A DNA stretch of 63,503 nucleotides, the filler included, from Octopus bimaculoides (lineage: Eukaryota): NCBI RefSeq assembly GCF_001194135.2. It is 3 parts of 3 records of this genome, joined end to end, with 100 filler letters (N's around TTAATTAATTAA, not from the genome) between each part and the next. Parts side by side here need not be neighbours in the genome. Positions count along the whole stretch, not along the records: positions 47,220 to 63,503 come from NC_068993.1; 2 more parts are not named here. One strand, written 5' to 3'. A program made the translations under genes and the position numbers. A model generated the notes under the pieces. That model was not told where the DNA came from. It searched no databases and saw nothing but the letters and a program-made list of their open reading frames with translations. How positions within the stretch are numbered: position 1 is the first letter of the stretch; each line of letters starts with the position of its first letter. Below, in pieces: positions 49,553-63,503 of the stretch.

Positions 49553-50294
49553 CAGAGAGATAGAGAGAGACAGAAAGATAAGGAGAGAGGATGCGTATTT
49601 GTATGTGTACGAACTTCCATAATACCATAATATAAAATCAACGCAGAAAACACTTTTGTTTCCTTCTAAAATTTCTTTTTAGATTTTCAATGTAAACTAT
49701 GAAATAAAGTAAAAACGTGTTTTCCCTAACAATGCGTATATCAAGTTATATACACTATATCTACATATATATGTAATATTTAGACTTTTAAAAATTATTT
49801 GTTTGTCAGACACACTCATCAACTCATATTTTTTGTTTCGTGGACACGCGTACGTATTTATTCGCCATAACAACTCTGTCATTTACTCCATATCTATGTT
49901 AGTTTTTCTTTCACTGTATGTATGTATGCATGCATGCATGTAGGTATGCATATATCTAGCGTTCCTTTACTCATCGCCTGCCACTAAACACTCACCTTGC
50001 AGCTGTTTTTATTTTTAAGTTTCTGTATCTCTCTTTTATTCAATCTTCCCCTCTGTATATAACCAACCAACTAACCAACTAACCAACCAACCAACCAACC
50101 AGCCAGCCAGCCAATCAACATTTATATTCGCTATTATTATAGAGAGATTAGAAATCTTATTAATATGATACAATTTTAATGCAACCAATTAAATGATTGC
50201 ATTACCGAACTAAGAAGTTGAGAGAGAAAAAAATGAACGATTATATTTGAATACGGCACTAAAAAGAAAAACACAAAAACAAAGGTAATTAATT

Positions 50295-50475
50295 ATTTTT
50301 AATTTAGGTACCAGGTCCAGTAAAATTAAAGGCGGAAGAGTAGTTGATACCATCAGCTCTATTACTAGACTGATTCTTTATTTTATCTACTCCGGAGAGA
50401 GGATGATAGGCAAGGTTGATTTCGGTGTGACTTCAACTTAGAATCTAAAGATTCGGAAGAAATGCCCGATGCTTC
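50295..50475 (-). mobile_element. SINE family B, degenerate
   Basis: ttttatctactccggagagaggatgataggcaaggttgatttcgg...ttcaacttagaatct. Confidence 0.6.
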
Positions 50476-50656
50476 TATGAGCTGCCAATCCAACGACGTA
50501 ATAGCAATTAATAATTATCACGGGAAAGTGAAAGTGTGTCTTCATATTAAAATAGAGCAGAAAATAGATTAACAGTTAAGAGAAATGCAAAGTGCAACAC
50601 ATTATTTTAAGTTTCAAATAAGCTGACAACATACTAAAGAAGCTGGATAAAAAAAA

Positions 50657-50659
50657 ATA

Positions 50660-50719
<60 letters not shown>

Positions 50720-50720
50720 C

Positions 50721-50757
<37 letters not shown>

Positions 50758-50965
50758 GGAGGAGGAGGAGGAGGATGACGATGATGACGATGATGACGAC
50801 GACGACGATGATGATGATGTTGATGATGATGATGACGATGACGACGATGCTGATGACGACGACGACGATGATAACGACGATGATTATAGTAATAATAATA
50901 AGAATAACAACAACAACAACAACGATGATGATGATGATGTTAAAACAATAATAATAATAATAACT
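50657..50965. repeat. Compound (AAT)/(GAT)/(GAG)/(GAC)/(AAC) array
   Basis: Direct reading. Confidence 0.95.
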
Positions 50966-51210
50966 ATAACAAGGTTAACTCAAAACATAACATTAAGGAA
51001 ATATAACGAAAGATAACGAAATCAGGAAAAAAAAAACATACAGTGGTCTAGCATAGTTGAATGTGCCAACGTTAATTAACACCAGGTTAATTAACAACTT
51101 GAATTAACAATTAAAACTTTGAAACTCAGCCTTAAAAGTTGAAACAGAAGGGCATGTCATAGAAACAAAATACGGAGTCTGTCCACCTAAAACTATGTAA
51201 GAAATTTAAT

Positions 51211-51357
51211 AATCCTTTCTACTATAAGCTCAAGACCTGTAATTTGAGGGGAGAGGGATAGTCGATCACATCGACCCCAGTATTTGACTGGTACTCAATT
51301 TATCAACCCCGAAAGGATGAAAGGCGAAGTCGACCTCAGCGGAATTTGAACTCAGAA
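51211..51357 (-). mobile_element. SINE family B 3' part
   Basis: catcgaccccagtatttgactggtactc...ccccgaaaggatgaaaggcgaagtcgacctcagcggaatttgaactcagaa. Confidence 0.88.
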
Positions 51358-51664
51358 GGTAATATCTTTGACCTAATGATCTAAGTATCTTGTTAGTTCA
51401 GCCACTATAAAGATACAAAAATAGATGTACAACAGAGGTAAGGAGAGTGGGATACAAAGGATGCGTTGTTTAATAGCAGTTGAAGCTCTTGCAAGTCTCA
51501 AAATACTGTTTAAAAAATGTTTATGTTAAGCAATATAGTACCTGATATACAAATGATGATACTATGGCAAGTGGAACGCATGGCAATATACAACGACAAC
51601 AAAGTTTATTTTGAGACAATGAAGGAAGATATGTCTGAGATGGCTACGCCTGCTTGATATATAA

Positions 51665-51905
51665 AAGACACCCTTCGGTCTTGAATGACCGTGGGACTGC
51701 ACCGAGAAATTTCCCTATCGGGGCACAAGTTCGGGCAAGGTTGTTTGTGGAAGACCACCGCTCACCCATTCACATCAGGCTACCCTCTCCACGCCACTGA
51801 TGTTATCCAAGGGAAGCGCAAAGGCCGATACAGCTTGGCACCAGTGACGTCGCAACTCAATTTTTCAGCTGAGTGAACTAGAGCAATGTGAAATAAAGTG
51901 TCCTC
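51665..51905 (-). mobile_element. CORE-type SINE with an alternative tail, head missing
   Basis: Reverse complement begins gacactttatttcacattgctctagttcactcagctgaaaaattgagt (CORE-like, cf. 14600-14655), then a tail unrelated to the 14655-14732 tail. Confidence 0.7.
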
Positions 51906-52031
51906 ATAATTTAGCGGCTCGGCAAAAGTAACCGATAGACTTACAAAAAGTAAGTCCTCGGTTCGATTTGTTCAACGAAAGCCCTTTAAGGTGGTGCCCA
52001 GCATGGCTGCAGTCAAATGTCTGAAACTAGT
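51906..52031 (+). mobile_element. SINE family A tail
   Basis: ttagcggctcggcaaaagtaaccgatag...taagtcctcggttcgatttg...aaggtggtgcccagcatggctgcagtcaaatgtctgaaac. Confidence 0.85.
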
Positions 52032-52163
52032 NNNNNNNNNNNNNNNNNNNNNNNNNNNNNNNNNNNNNNNNNNNNNNNNNNNNNNNNNNNNNNNNNNNNN
52101 NNNNNNNNNNNNNNNNNNNNNNNNNNNNNNNNNNNNNNNNNNNNNNNNNNNNNNNNNNNNNNN

Positions 52164-52205
<42 letters not shown>

Positions 52206-53559
52206 TGCATCAGCATGGCCGCAGCTCTGAGCTGAAACTTTGAAATGAATATATATATAAATGTAAGCTCCAAGAATCGAGGTGTAGGAAGGAAGAAGGT
52301 GAGCTTCAAGCAAACCGTAGAAAATATAAAAACAACTTTCAGGAACAGTAGTGGTTTATTGAGTCGGAAGTCTTTGGATTATTTCCGTATCGAGATATGT
52401 TAAACGGACAACAGGTTAGTTTATATTTCCCGGTATGTAACCAGGGTTGTCAACTATGTGAATAAAATACAAGAGTTAAGTAATGGAGTAGATAATATCC
52501 AGGCTATATATGTTTCATAGCGAGCGGAACCTCGGAAGTGGTAGATATCCGAGCGATACATACATATATACAGAGAGAGAGAGAGAGAGAGGAGAGATAA
52601 AGAGAGAGAGAGAGTGAGAGAGAGAGAGAGAGAGGAGAGATAAAGAAAGAGAGAGATGGATTGAAAATAATAGAGGTTATAGAAAATAGCAGTGTTGTAA
52701 ACTTGCACCTGAAACAGTAACTCAAAGAATATAATAATTCCAAAAGATAGTTGTACACAGTGCCCAGCAAAAATTGATAAATTGTTGAGAAAATAGAACG
52801 TTCTCTCTAACCTGGCAGGAGCATATCATCGGAAAAGTTGAGAAAAAATTAAAGGTAGAAATATTAATAAATAGAATATGTTATTTGTAAACTCCAGCTT
52901 TCTCTGTTATCGTGTGTTGCAAGATTAATAAAAAAAATGCCCTTTGAATAAATAAATAGACATGATAATAAGATTAGCCAAAGTTCACTGCATGAAAAAA
53001 AAGCAACAAATAAATTGTAACTGGTTAGGTATATGAAACATATCATGTCATATATAAGCATTATTGTAAAATCATAAATAGATAATGCAGCAAATAGCTA
53101 GATTACCATTTTAAACAAAACATGTGTACTTACAGTGCAAAGGAAATATACGACATAAGATTGGAGTGTAAAAAGGAAATGGTAAAATTTGCTTCAATAT
53201 GAAGAGAAATAATCCCTAATAATCAGAAAATAAAATATGCAAAAAGGAAGTCATCTTGAAAATAAAAAGAAAAGGCTTGAGAGAATCGTATTACGAACGG
53301 GTACATTTTGCTATCAAAAATACCAAAACCTTTTACAGGAAGAGAAAGGAAAGAAAACGTGGACTTAATAATGGTTGGCATCGCAACGTCAGAAGAAGCT
53401 CATGTGTACAGAGTTGGGACATGTGGAGTGATATAGGGTTCAGGTGAAGTGAGGTTGAATCAGGTGGGTTGGGGTATGTTCAGGTGCGATCAGATAAAGA
53501 TGAAACAAGAATATTAAATAGAAAATGAAAGTCACAAATAAAGAAAATGAGGAAAAGGA

Positions 53560-54240
53560 AAACAAATTTGGAATATCATGGCAAAGATGGACCCAAATAA
53601 CTATTAAGGAATTAGGCCACACGATGAAAGCTACATCAACTGGGAAGTCCTTGGAATTGACAATGTTACCAATTTTTGGGTGATTGCTAGCTTCGTACAA
53701 GAATTCTTTTCAAGTTCTTTTATCATCCAGAAATCGATCGTCTCTCCATATAATTTGTAGGATATATTGCATAACTTCTCATTACTCTGATATTTTTGAC
53801 ATGTTTTTTTTTTCATATTGATCTGCAATTCCTATCAATTTATGCTAGCACTATCTTCATGGATTTTACAAACGTCCTCATTAATTGTCGTCATCATCTA
53901 GGCGACAGTCATACTGTGTGTCAGATATAACAAATTCAAACCTATTGAGCATGAAGTGTTCAAGGACACATATTCATTACAGAAGTATTAGAACTTCTGC
54001 GATCAGGAAGAAACTGATTTCTTCTGGCATTCTTCCTTTGTTTTTCATTCTCATCGTCACATTCTGAGAGCTTTCTCTATTTCATCAAGTTCAGAAGGCA
54101 ATGTTTCTTGTCGACCTACCATTTGCGGATTCTTTAAAATGCGCTTAAGCTTATTAATAAAGACACAAATTTCTGGTGTCAGGACCTCAATTTTAATTCT
54201 GTCAAACTGAAGCCTGTTTTGAAAATTATTCAGCGAAAAC
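53560..54240 (-). mobile_element. Possible very decayed LINE RT fragment
   Basis: Weak remnants ELDEIEKALRM (before the K.PG motif), LCNISYKLYGETIDFWMIKELEKN (from SLLNxSYKxxxxIL..RL) and DVAFIV. Confidence 0.35.
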
Positions 54241-54302
54241 AAAACATCTGCTGCAAACCAATTTTGTCGCAGTGTCTACATCAATCAAAAGCCTTTAGCT
54301 TC

Positions 54303-54303
<1 letters not shown>

Positions 54304-54376
<73 letters not shown>

Positions 54377-54462
54377 CTCTCCTTCTCTCTGGCTCTCCGT
54401 CTCTCTGGCTCTCCTTCTCTCTGGCTCTCCTTCTCTCTGGCTCTCTCTCTCCCTTTCTCTCT
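54304..54462. repeat. (CT)n microsatellite with an interrupted CTCTGGCTCTCCTT subrepeat
   Basis: Direct reading. Confidence 0.92.
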
Positions 54463-54994
54463 TTCCCTCTCTTTGTATGCCTATCAACACACCTATGTAT
54501 GTATGTATGTGTGTATGTATGTATGTATGTATGTATGTACGTACGTACGTATGTACGTATGCACGTATGTATGCATGCTTGTATGTATATAAGTTTGAAT
54601 NNNNNNNNNNCGTACGTACGTATGTACGTATGCACGTATGTATGCATGCTTGTATGTATATAAGTATGAATGAATGTTTCTATCTATCTGTCTGCCTGTC
54701 TATCTATCTCTACTCCTTTGAAAGATAGTGAGACAGAGATAAAACACCTTTCTCAACATTGACGCCTGCCGAATGAAAAAGGCTGCGACAGAGGAAACAG
54801 CTTGACCTATCTTTTATGATGCTAAAGTAGTTGTCAAACTATCGGCTATCGATTGGCTCAAATAAAACACGCAAGAAAATGGAGAGATGTAAATGCTATT
54901 TGTTGCAGGAAGTTCTGAATAATGTCACTACAAACGTTACTTCGGAAGTGGTTTACAACTAATTCTTTTCGATATTTTGTTCCTTTTCTGAGCG

Positions 54995-55398
54995 CAGACA
55001 TGGCTGTGTAAAAGTGCAGTTATGGTTTGTCGTTAAGAAACTCAATTTGCGACCATGTCGTTTCATGTTCAGTTACCGAAGCGAGGTACCTTGGGCAAAA
55101 TGTCTTCTGCTATAGCCTGGGTATACCAATGCCTTGTGAGTGAATGTGGTAGACAGAAACTGTGTGAAACCTAGTCTTAGACATAAACGTGTGTGTATTT
55201 GTGCTCTTGTTTGTTCCTTCAGCTCCACCGCTTCACATCCAGCATTTGTTTGTGTACATTCCCTTAAATTAGCTGTTCGGCAAAAGAGGCAAGACATTAA
55301 AAATATTACTGTTGAGGTATATTTCTTCAACTAAATAGTTCAATGCAGTGCTCCAGTATGGCCGCAGTCCAGTTACTGAAACAAGTAAACAATAAAAG
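54995..55398 (+). mobile_element. SINE family A, full length, degenerate
   Basis: gacatggctgtg...accttgggcaaaatgtcttctgctatagcc...ccttgtgagtgaatgtggtagacagaaactg...gtgctccagtatggccgcagtc...ctgaaacaagtaaac. Confidence 0.85.
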
Positions 55399-55790
55399 AT
55401 ATGGCTGTTCGTCAATTGTGAAAACTTTTGTATCTTGCTGCTCTCGTATTCAATGAACTGTTTATATCTTAGTTTTTCTCCGAAATTCTTTCCTTATGAC
55501 TGGTTGGAATATATCCAGATATTTCATTTTATAAGCTGCATCTTCGTTGTTTTAATTCTCACACTTGCACCACCTGATGGAGGCTCTGTGGTTGATTTTT
55601 CCATACACTATTGTGTTATTAGCTACTGACAAACCGAGTTCAATTTGTGCATCTAGTTGTGAAGATTGTGATATTATGGTACTCTTACAAAATATCAAAT
55701 TATTATTTCTTTTTTCTTTTTCTTCTTCTTTACAGAAAGTTATGTTCAATCTCGCCTTCATTCCCTCTATATACTCTAAAACAGTATATA

Positions 55791-55849
<59 letters not shown>

Positions 55850-56949
55850 CATTGTGTCAGACGCTGAGGCATGAATGTGCAGGAAATATTAATAATTGCA
55901 ATTATTGACTGCTATGATAGCAGTCATGAAATCTTACCTTCAGCATCAGAACACATGCAGATTAAAAATCACGTCTCCGACTTAATTTTAAGCATTTGTT
56001 CACTTCTAGAATCTCATATGACATGTGTTATGCTTCGTACCGTGTTGATATCAAGTCAATCATGACATCGTCATTCTGTTCTGACAAGATAATTAACCAA
56101 CAGATGGCGCTAATGGCAAGACAGAGATCAATGACGCCACACACATTTTTTATTGTATTTTTCTGTTATGTTTGCAGCAGAACTTAGTAATTTCACGTTT
56201 GCATGAAAATGTGAAATAAATAAATTTGTAATTGTACGTTATTCGCGTGGGGGTACAAAAAGAGAAGTTAACAAGATTTTAAATTTACATGATTTTAAAT
56301 AATATCAATTCGTAAATTCACAAAATGAGTATGATCACCGAACATTTTGAGAATATTGCCCTTGTATATTATATACGGGAAGATCGTCGATAAAAATGAA
56401 ACAATTAGAATACTAAAATGCTACCAAGCCATGTGAAATTATTAAAACCAGGCTTTATATCCATAAGTATATTGCAATAAATCTCCTTAGCCCTTTTCAT
56501 TTTCTATCCAGCTCTGACACTATTAAAATATCTGCTGAATTAAATCATTTATGATTATAAATTTTACGGAGTAATTATAAACCATCTCAAGTACAGGGAT
56601 AACTTTAAATTATATTTATAAGAGAAGCTACCGAGCTAAAGTAAGAGTACAATTGCCAAGCAATTATATAACAAGATATCTCGTAGAAAAAAGCATGACG
56701 AAAAGATGCGTAACAAATACTCTACGATCGCAATGCATTTTTCCCGACGCTCTAACAATTAGAACAAATTTTGTTTTCATAGCCCACAAGATCGCAAGTC
56801 ATTAGTAAAAATGCAAAGGAAAATAACAAATGCTTTCTATAGAGTGAAAAGATTGCAACAACTACAATGCTTCATATATCTATGCAATATATAAATCTAA
56901 TATTCTCAGTCACGACTACGACTAAGTAAATCGCTTTACAAGCACGTTC

Positions 56950-57265
56950 TTTTGGGTTCACTCCAGCTGCGTGGCATCTTGAGTTAGTGGGCCAATAATT
57001 TGTGAGTAAATTCAATAGACAGAAACTGCGTGGAAACCCATCGCTTGTATGTAAATACGTGAGTGTCTGTGTCTTTGTCCCGCTTACCACCGCTTGGCAA
57101 CTGTGCTGGTTTGTTTACATCCCCTTACCAAGTGGTTCATCAAAAGCGAACGACAGAATACGCACCAGACTTAATAAATAAGTACTAGAATCGATTTGCT
57201 CAATGCAGTGCCTCAGTATCGCTGCAGTTCAATGAATGAAACATGTATAAGATAAAATATAAAAG
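56950..57265 (+). mobile_element. SINE family A, degenerate
   Basis: gggttcactcc.gctgcgtggcatcttg...gtgagtaaatt...agacagaaactg...gtttacatcccc...gcagtgcctcagtat.gctgcagttcaatgaatgaaac. Confidence 0.75.
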
Positions 57266-58675
57266 ATGAAAGAATAATTTGAGGAACGAAATAAGGATAA
57301 GAAACAGTTCTCAAAACGGTTTAATAACAGCCTCATACAATGATTCGGGATAACGCCATACACATTCCTAGCTTCTGAATTACAAAGACAAATGACTTCT
57401 CTTAGACTTTACTACCATCATACAGCTGTATATAGTGTAGAAGCCGCCTTTAACTACGCCAGTTTCGCTGTTCTCACTCAACTTGTATCAGATTTTCAAG
57501 AAGGCAGCAATTCTGTCTTTCTTTCTACTATTCTTTTCACCTCTTTCTTTTCGTTATTGTCCACAACGAGTTCTTGAGGAAACTGATGAGGACTCGGGCT
57601 AAGTGTAAGAGCTTTTGTCTTCAAAGTCTTTCTTTGCCGAACTAATTCCTTCGCCATAACCACAAGTTGGATGAAGAATACGCGCAATTCGTTACCAAAA
57701 GAGGGTGGTGTGTAGATCTACAAGACAGACGCGGCTGATCCATCTCACACATAAATGATGCTGATGATAAGAGGAGGAGGAGGAGGAGGAGGAGGAGGTA
57801 GAAGTAGAAGAACAACAACGATAATGATATCGAGGACGAAGATGACGACGACTGTCATAAACCTTGAGGATAATGATGACGACGATGACGACAAAGACAA
57901 TAAAGACGGGAAGAAAAACATGACGACGAGATGACGATGATGACGACGACAACGTTAATCATGTTTTCAAACAAGGCCACTGTTAATTAAATAGGCCAAT
58001 TAGATGATAAATACATATGTTAACATCTCCCTGAGGGAAGCAGTAACACACACACATACATACATACATGCATACATGCATACATACATACACACAAATA
58101 TATATATATATATATATATANNNNNNNNNNNNNNNNNNNNNNNNNNNNNNNNNNNNNNNNNNNNNNNNNNNNNNNNNNNNNNNNNNNNNNNNNNNNNNNN
58201 NNNNNNNNNNNNNNNNNNNNNNNNNNNNNNNNNNNNNNNNNNNNNNNNNNNNNNNNNNNNNNNNNNNNNNNNNNNNNNNNNNNNNNNNNNNNNNNNNNNN
58301 NNNNNNNNNNNNNNNNNNNNNNNNNNNNNNNNNNNNNNNNNNNNNNNNNNNNNNNNNNNNNNNNNNNNNNNNNNNNNNNNNNNNNNNNNNNNNNNNNNNN
58401 NNNNNNNNNNNNNNNNNNNNNNNNNNNNNNNNNNNNNNNNNNNNNNNNNNNNNNNNNNNNNNNNNNNNNNNNNNNNNNNNNNNNNNNNNNNCTCTGAAGA
58501 CTTGTTTTGTTTACGCTTTTCCCTCCGGTTTTTTGTTCTATGTGTGCCATAAATATCGCCATCCGTTTTAGAGAAAAATTTGTAGTTTAGAATCAGTAGT
58601 TCTTTGACTGCTATTTCTAAATTTTCAGTATGTTGGAGAAGCAACTCAATTGCTAATCCCTGTATATTTATGATG

Positions 58676-58715
<40 letters not shown>

Positions 58716-58886
58716 ATAAGTTTGTATGTATGTATGTATGTATGTATATATGTATATATGTATGTATGTATGTATGTATGTGTACGCACATACATACATA
58801 CACAGTTGTAAATATAGACAGGTTCGGTATATCATCATAAGCGTACTGACAACGATTATAGACTGATATGTAATATTATAATACTG

Positions 58887-59101
58887 TAAGGCGGCGAACT
58901 GGCAGAAACGTTAGCACGCCGGGCGAAATGCGTAGCGGTTTTTCGTCTGCCGCTATGTTTTGAGTTCAAATTCCGCCGAGGCCGGCTTTGCCTTTCACCC
59001 TTTCAGGGTCGATGAATTAAGTATCAGTAGCATACTGGAGTCGATCTAATCGACTTGGCCCCTCCCACGAAATTGCTAGTGTTGTACCAAAATTTGAAAC
59101 C
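58887..59101 (+). mobile_element. SINE family B, full length, well preserved
   Basis: taaggcggcgaactggcagaaacgttagcacgccgggcgaaatgc...tttgagttcaaattccgccgagg...ggtcgatgaattaagtatcag...ccaaaatttgaaacc. Confidence 0.92.
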
Positions 59102-59213
59102 AATTTTATAGTATTGTATTAACAGTCAAAATGTTAGTAGTATCATGGATGTTTACCGATGATCTCTCACTTCCAAAGGTAGCTTAGTTGTATGATATAT
59201 ATTTATATATATA

Positions 59214-59290
<77 letters not shown>

Positions 59291-59892
59291 CATACTAGAA
59301 ATATCCTAGACATAACAGGAATATTTCCTTATAGGAATAAAAAGAAAACTAATGCCATTATCAGTTGNNNNNNNNNNNNNNNNNNNNNNNNNNNNNNNNN
59401 NNNNNNNNNNNNNNNNNNNNNNNNNNNNNNNNNNNNNNNNNNNNNNNNNNNNNNNNNNNNNNNNNNNNNNNNNNNNNNNNNNNNNNNNNNNNNNNNNNNN
59501 NNNNNNNNNNNNNNNNNNNNNNNNNNNNNNNNNNNNNNNNNNNNNNNNNNNNNNNNNNNNNNNNNNNNNNNNNNNNNNNNNNNNNNNNNNNNNNNNNNNN
59601 NNNNNNNNNNNNNNNNNNNNNNNNNNNNNNNNNNNNNNNNNNNNNNNNNNNNNNNNNNNNNNNNNNNNNNNNNNNNNNNNNNNNNNNNNNNNNNNNNNNN
59701 NNNNNNNNNNNNNNNNNNNNNNNNNNNNNNNNNNNNNNNNNNNNNNNNNNNNNNNNNNNNNNNNNNNNNNNNNNNNNNNNNNNNNNNNNNNNNNNNNNNN
59801 NNNNNNNNNNNNNNNNNNNNNNNNNNNNNNNNNNNNNNNNNNNNNNNNNNNNNNNNNNNNNNNNNNNNNNNNNNNNNNNNNTATATATATAT

Positions 59893-59964
<72 letters not shown>

Positions 59965-60171
59965 CCTACTAAGCAATATTTAACCGTATTAAGAAAGGAA
60001 AAAGAATTCTAGAATCCTGCTAAAGTTGTTCCGTTCTTTATGGAAGGAAGCTCATAGTTTCTTCATGATGTTTGCAAAGTATATTAATGAAATACCGAAG
60101 CGTTATCTTACATGCATTTCCAGCCGACATATCTCTCTCCCTACTCCCACATACATACATACTCCCCTCTC

Positions 60172-60210
<39 letters not shown>

Positions 60211-60959
60211 GTCTCTCTCTCTTTCTCTCTACCTAGTGGGAACCTGCATCCCCACATCCCGTCCTACTTCTCGTACTCCTGTGATGTGAGAGCTGCTATC
60301 ATGTCACTAAACGTGCCGTGCATAATATTATGTTTCCATCCAATTAGGACGATACTGATGTGCTTTCGAGACACGCAGCAGCAGTTGTACTTCTCATGTA
60401 AAATAAAGATCCTCCCCTGCTTTTTAGTTGTCCCTCTTTTTTTTGTACCCCCTTTGCCGGCATATTGCCTCTCTCATAGCTCTTCACTTTATACCACCAA
60501 ACATCACAGAAGAAAAACGCACACGCACACGCACAAACGTTCACACATACAGACTCACGCACACACATAAACGCACACATATTCACACATATTACACTAA
60601 AAGCAGATTAAAAAGGAAAACAGATGGTGCTAATTAAAGATTGCTCTGGCAGTAAAAATGGTTTTGTTTATTTCTTTAAGAAGAAATTACGCTTCACAGG
60701 TCTTGTTTTGAAGAATTTTATAATAAAAGGCTTTTTAAGTCACCATCTCAGATTTTCGATTAACTTTCAAAGACTTATAACAATTTTTTTTTTCATTCAA
60801 ATATTTTCATTGTTTGAGATCATCGCATTAAAAAGAATAGAAAAAATTGAATAAAAATGAAAATACCATTTTCTGTTAATCCAGAGAAATTTAAAATGAA
60901 GAACAACAGTAACAGGAAGAAGAACAACAACGACAACAATGGTATCTAGAGCAAGAATA

Positions 60960-62000
60960 CTGCACCAACGTCAACAACCAGCATCACCGCCGTTACCCTC
61001 AGCATCATTAGCATCAACATCATCATCACCGCCATAAAGATCATCACACCACCAGCAGCAACCACCACCATCACTGCCACCTCCAAAATCACCAATATCA
61101 TCATCACCAACAACTTCATCAACATTAGCCATCAATATCGCCGTCGTCATCATCACCACCACCACCGCCACCACCACCATCCACAGCACCACCATCATCA
61201 CTACCATCACCAACACTATCAACATCAATCACCACCATCAAAACCACCACCACCACCACAACAAAAACAACAACAACATCAACCACCAACATCACCACTA
61301 CTACCACTGAGATCATCACCAACATCAACATCACCACCAGCAAGATCACCACTATCAACTCCGCTNNNNNNNNNNNNNNNNNNNNNNNNNNNNNNNNNNN
61401 NNNNNNNNNNNNNNNNNNNNNNNNNNNNNNNNNNNNNNNNNNNNNNNNNNNNNNNNNNNNNNNNNNNNNNNNNNNNNNNNNNNNNNNNNNNNNAGTGTCA
61501 ACCACCACCTCTATTACCACTACCAATATCAACATTACTACCACCACCACCACCACCACCACCACCACCACCACCACTACCACCACCACCAGTGTCAACT
61601 ACCACTGCTATCACCACTACCAACATCAACATTACTACCAACACCACCAACCACATCACAAACATCACAACACAATACCACAACCACCACCAATACCATC
61701 AGAACACTGCCACACCAACAACACCACAACACTGCATCACCAACCTAATAGCTGTTACATCGCCAAAATCACTATCACCACTCATAAATAACTCTACCCC
61801 ACCTGCACCTTCAGCATCAACAACACAACATCACCACTATCACCCCCACCCGCACCCCACCACCACACAACAACCACAATCACTATACCACTACATCACC
61901 AGTACATCACCACCTTTGCAACACTATCAGAACCACAACACCAAAACAGTACTACGGTCACTACCACTACCACAACAACCTCTACTATCGCACCACAACA
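60960..62000. repeat. Degenerate (CAC/CAA/CAT)n low-complexity array
   Basis: Direct reading. This array is the source of the spurious poly-T/H/V ORFs. Confidence 0.9.
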
Positions 62001-62643
62001 ATGAAGATAAAAATGCTGCATTCATCATGAATGAAAAGTTTCATCTCTCTCGTTGTAGCAGTGATGAAGAAAAGAAGAAAGAGGAAGAAGAATATTCGAC
62101 TGAACTCTTCCTTTCTTTTTTTTATTTACTGAGTAAATTGGCAAGTTTCGTTTCCAAACAGAGAGGAAAAAAAAAAAGAATTCTATGAAAGAAAGAACAT
62201 AATTTGCATTTGTTATTCCCATGTAGTTGATGTCGCTTCGAAGGCAAACATGGAATGTAGAAATTANNNNNNNNNNNNNNNNNNNNNNNNNNNNNNNNNN
62301 NNNNNNNNNNNNNNNNNNNNNNNNNNNNNNNNNNNNNNNNNNNNNNNNNNNNNNNNNNNNNNNNNNNNNNNNNNNNNNNNNNNNNNNNNNNNNNNNNNNN
62401 NNNNNNNNNNNNNNNNNNNNNNNNNNNNNNNNNNNNNNNNNNNNNNNNNNNNNNNNNNNNNNNNNNNNNNNNNNNNNNNNNNNNNNNNNNNNNNNNNNNN
62501 NNNNNNNNNNNNNNNNNNNNNNNNNNNNNNNNNNNNNNNNNNNNNNNNNNNNNNNNNNNNNNNNNNNNNNNNNNNNNNNNNNNNNNNNNNNNNNNNNNNN
62601 NNNNNNNNNNNNNNNNNNNNNNNNNNNNNNNNNNNNNNNNNNN

Positions 62644-62708
<65 letters not shown>

Positions 62709-62761
62709 TCATGTTAACAAATTACATTTTACACCATTACACGCGTAAGTGCACTTATACA

Positions 62762-62792
<31 letters not shown>

Positions 62793-63472
62793 TTATAATT
62801 TGCACACGCTTACGAACACACAGCAAGATTACACGTTACACATATATTTACTAAAAAAAAAAGAAAGAAGTAATAAAATTAATAAATAAACCGCAAACAT
62901 TCTGTAGAGAGAAAACTTGTAAGATAAGAAAGAAGAAATGTGCTGTGAAACCTCGGCGGGGATTTAACATACACACACATAAATACACACATACACAGAA
63001 AAGTGCACAAGAAAATCAAGACAGAAAACATGAAAAAAATAAACTGTTAGAACAGTAAATAAGAGGCAAGGAATATTTAAAGAAAGCAGGGGGTACACAA
63101 AATTCGTTTCTGTCAATAAAGAATCTTACAAGAAAGTCGATTGAACGAGATGAAGATTATGTATTTATGAATAACTGCTCTTGTGAAGTACAGCCGTTGT
63201 TAATCTTCTACAGAGCCAAGTAAATAGCAATTTCAAAAGATTTATTTCACTTATTTGCTATTTTTCTAACCCTTTACCAACCTTTAGGTGTCCTGTGTTC
63301 GCTTTTCATAATTTAAATAGGAAACATTTTCATAGCTGAAAGTTGTATTTCCTGAAAAAAAAAAAAAGAAGTTCTTGTATTCATGATATGAATGTTTGCA
63401 TACACAACACACATACATTATTAATATCTATCGATCTATCTATATGCATGTACATATATATTCATACATACA

Positions 63473-63503
<31 letters not shown>

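Noticed and set aside
54540-54670. Apparent ~60-bp tandem duplication around a 10-N gap
   Set aside because: Near-identical sequence on both sides of a placeholder gap, most likely an unmerged contig overlap or two haplotypes.
57584-57640. CTGATGAG motif as a hammerhead core
   Set aside because: No helix II closed by GAAA downstream.
57380-57720. Overlapping 60-70-codon ORFs on both strands
   Set aside because: No family resemblance or consistent splice pair; left uncalled.
61495-62188. Thr/His-rich mucin-like ORFs
   Set aside because: Degenerate (CAC/CAA)n array open in several frames on both strands, with no signal peptide or splice evidence.

Overview
AT-rich, microsatellite-saturated animal genomic DNA from a draft assembly, with roughly 5 kb of N in more than 20 gaps. 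The SINE families and repeat landscape point to a coleoid cephalopod, most likely Octopus; this is my recognition and was not verified by search. Almost all ORFs in the supplied track are artefacts of microsatellites or N runs. The window is mostly intronic or intergenic. It contains many tRNA-derived SINE copies (at least four head types with shuffled bodies and tails), a Penelope-like (GIY-YIG) retroelement fragment, R4/Dong-like and other RLE-clade LINE fragments, decayed RTE and CR1-like LINEs, a decayed mariner, a hAT MITE with a perfect TSD, a Helitron/HINE-like non-autonomous element and a ~296-bp palindrome. The only credible host-gene signal is two + strand exons (13692-13800 and 17332 onward) encoding a short C-terminus reminiscent of a neuropeptide or secreted precursor; its upstream exon was not found. 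The most unusual observation is a Penelope-like element whose 3' region carries a tRNA-like Pol III cassette followed by a hammerhead-ribozyme-like module. Contigs at 10.5-12.7 kb appear to be locally mis-ordered. No rRNA, intact tRNA or CRISPR array is supportable.
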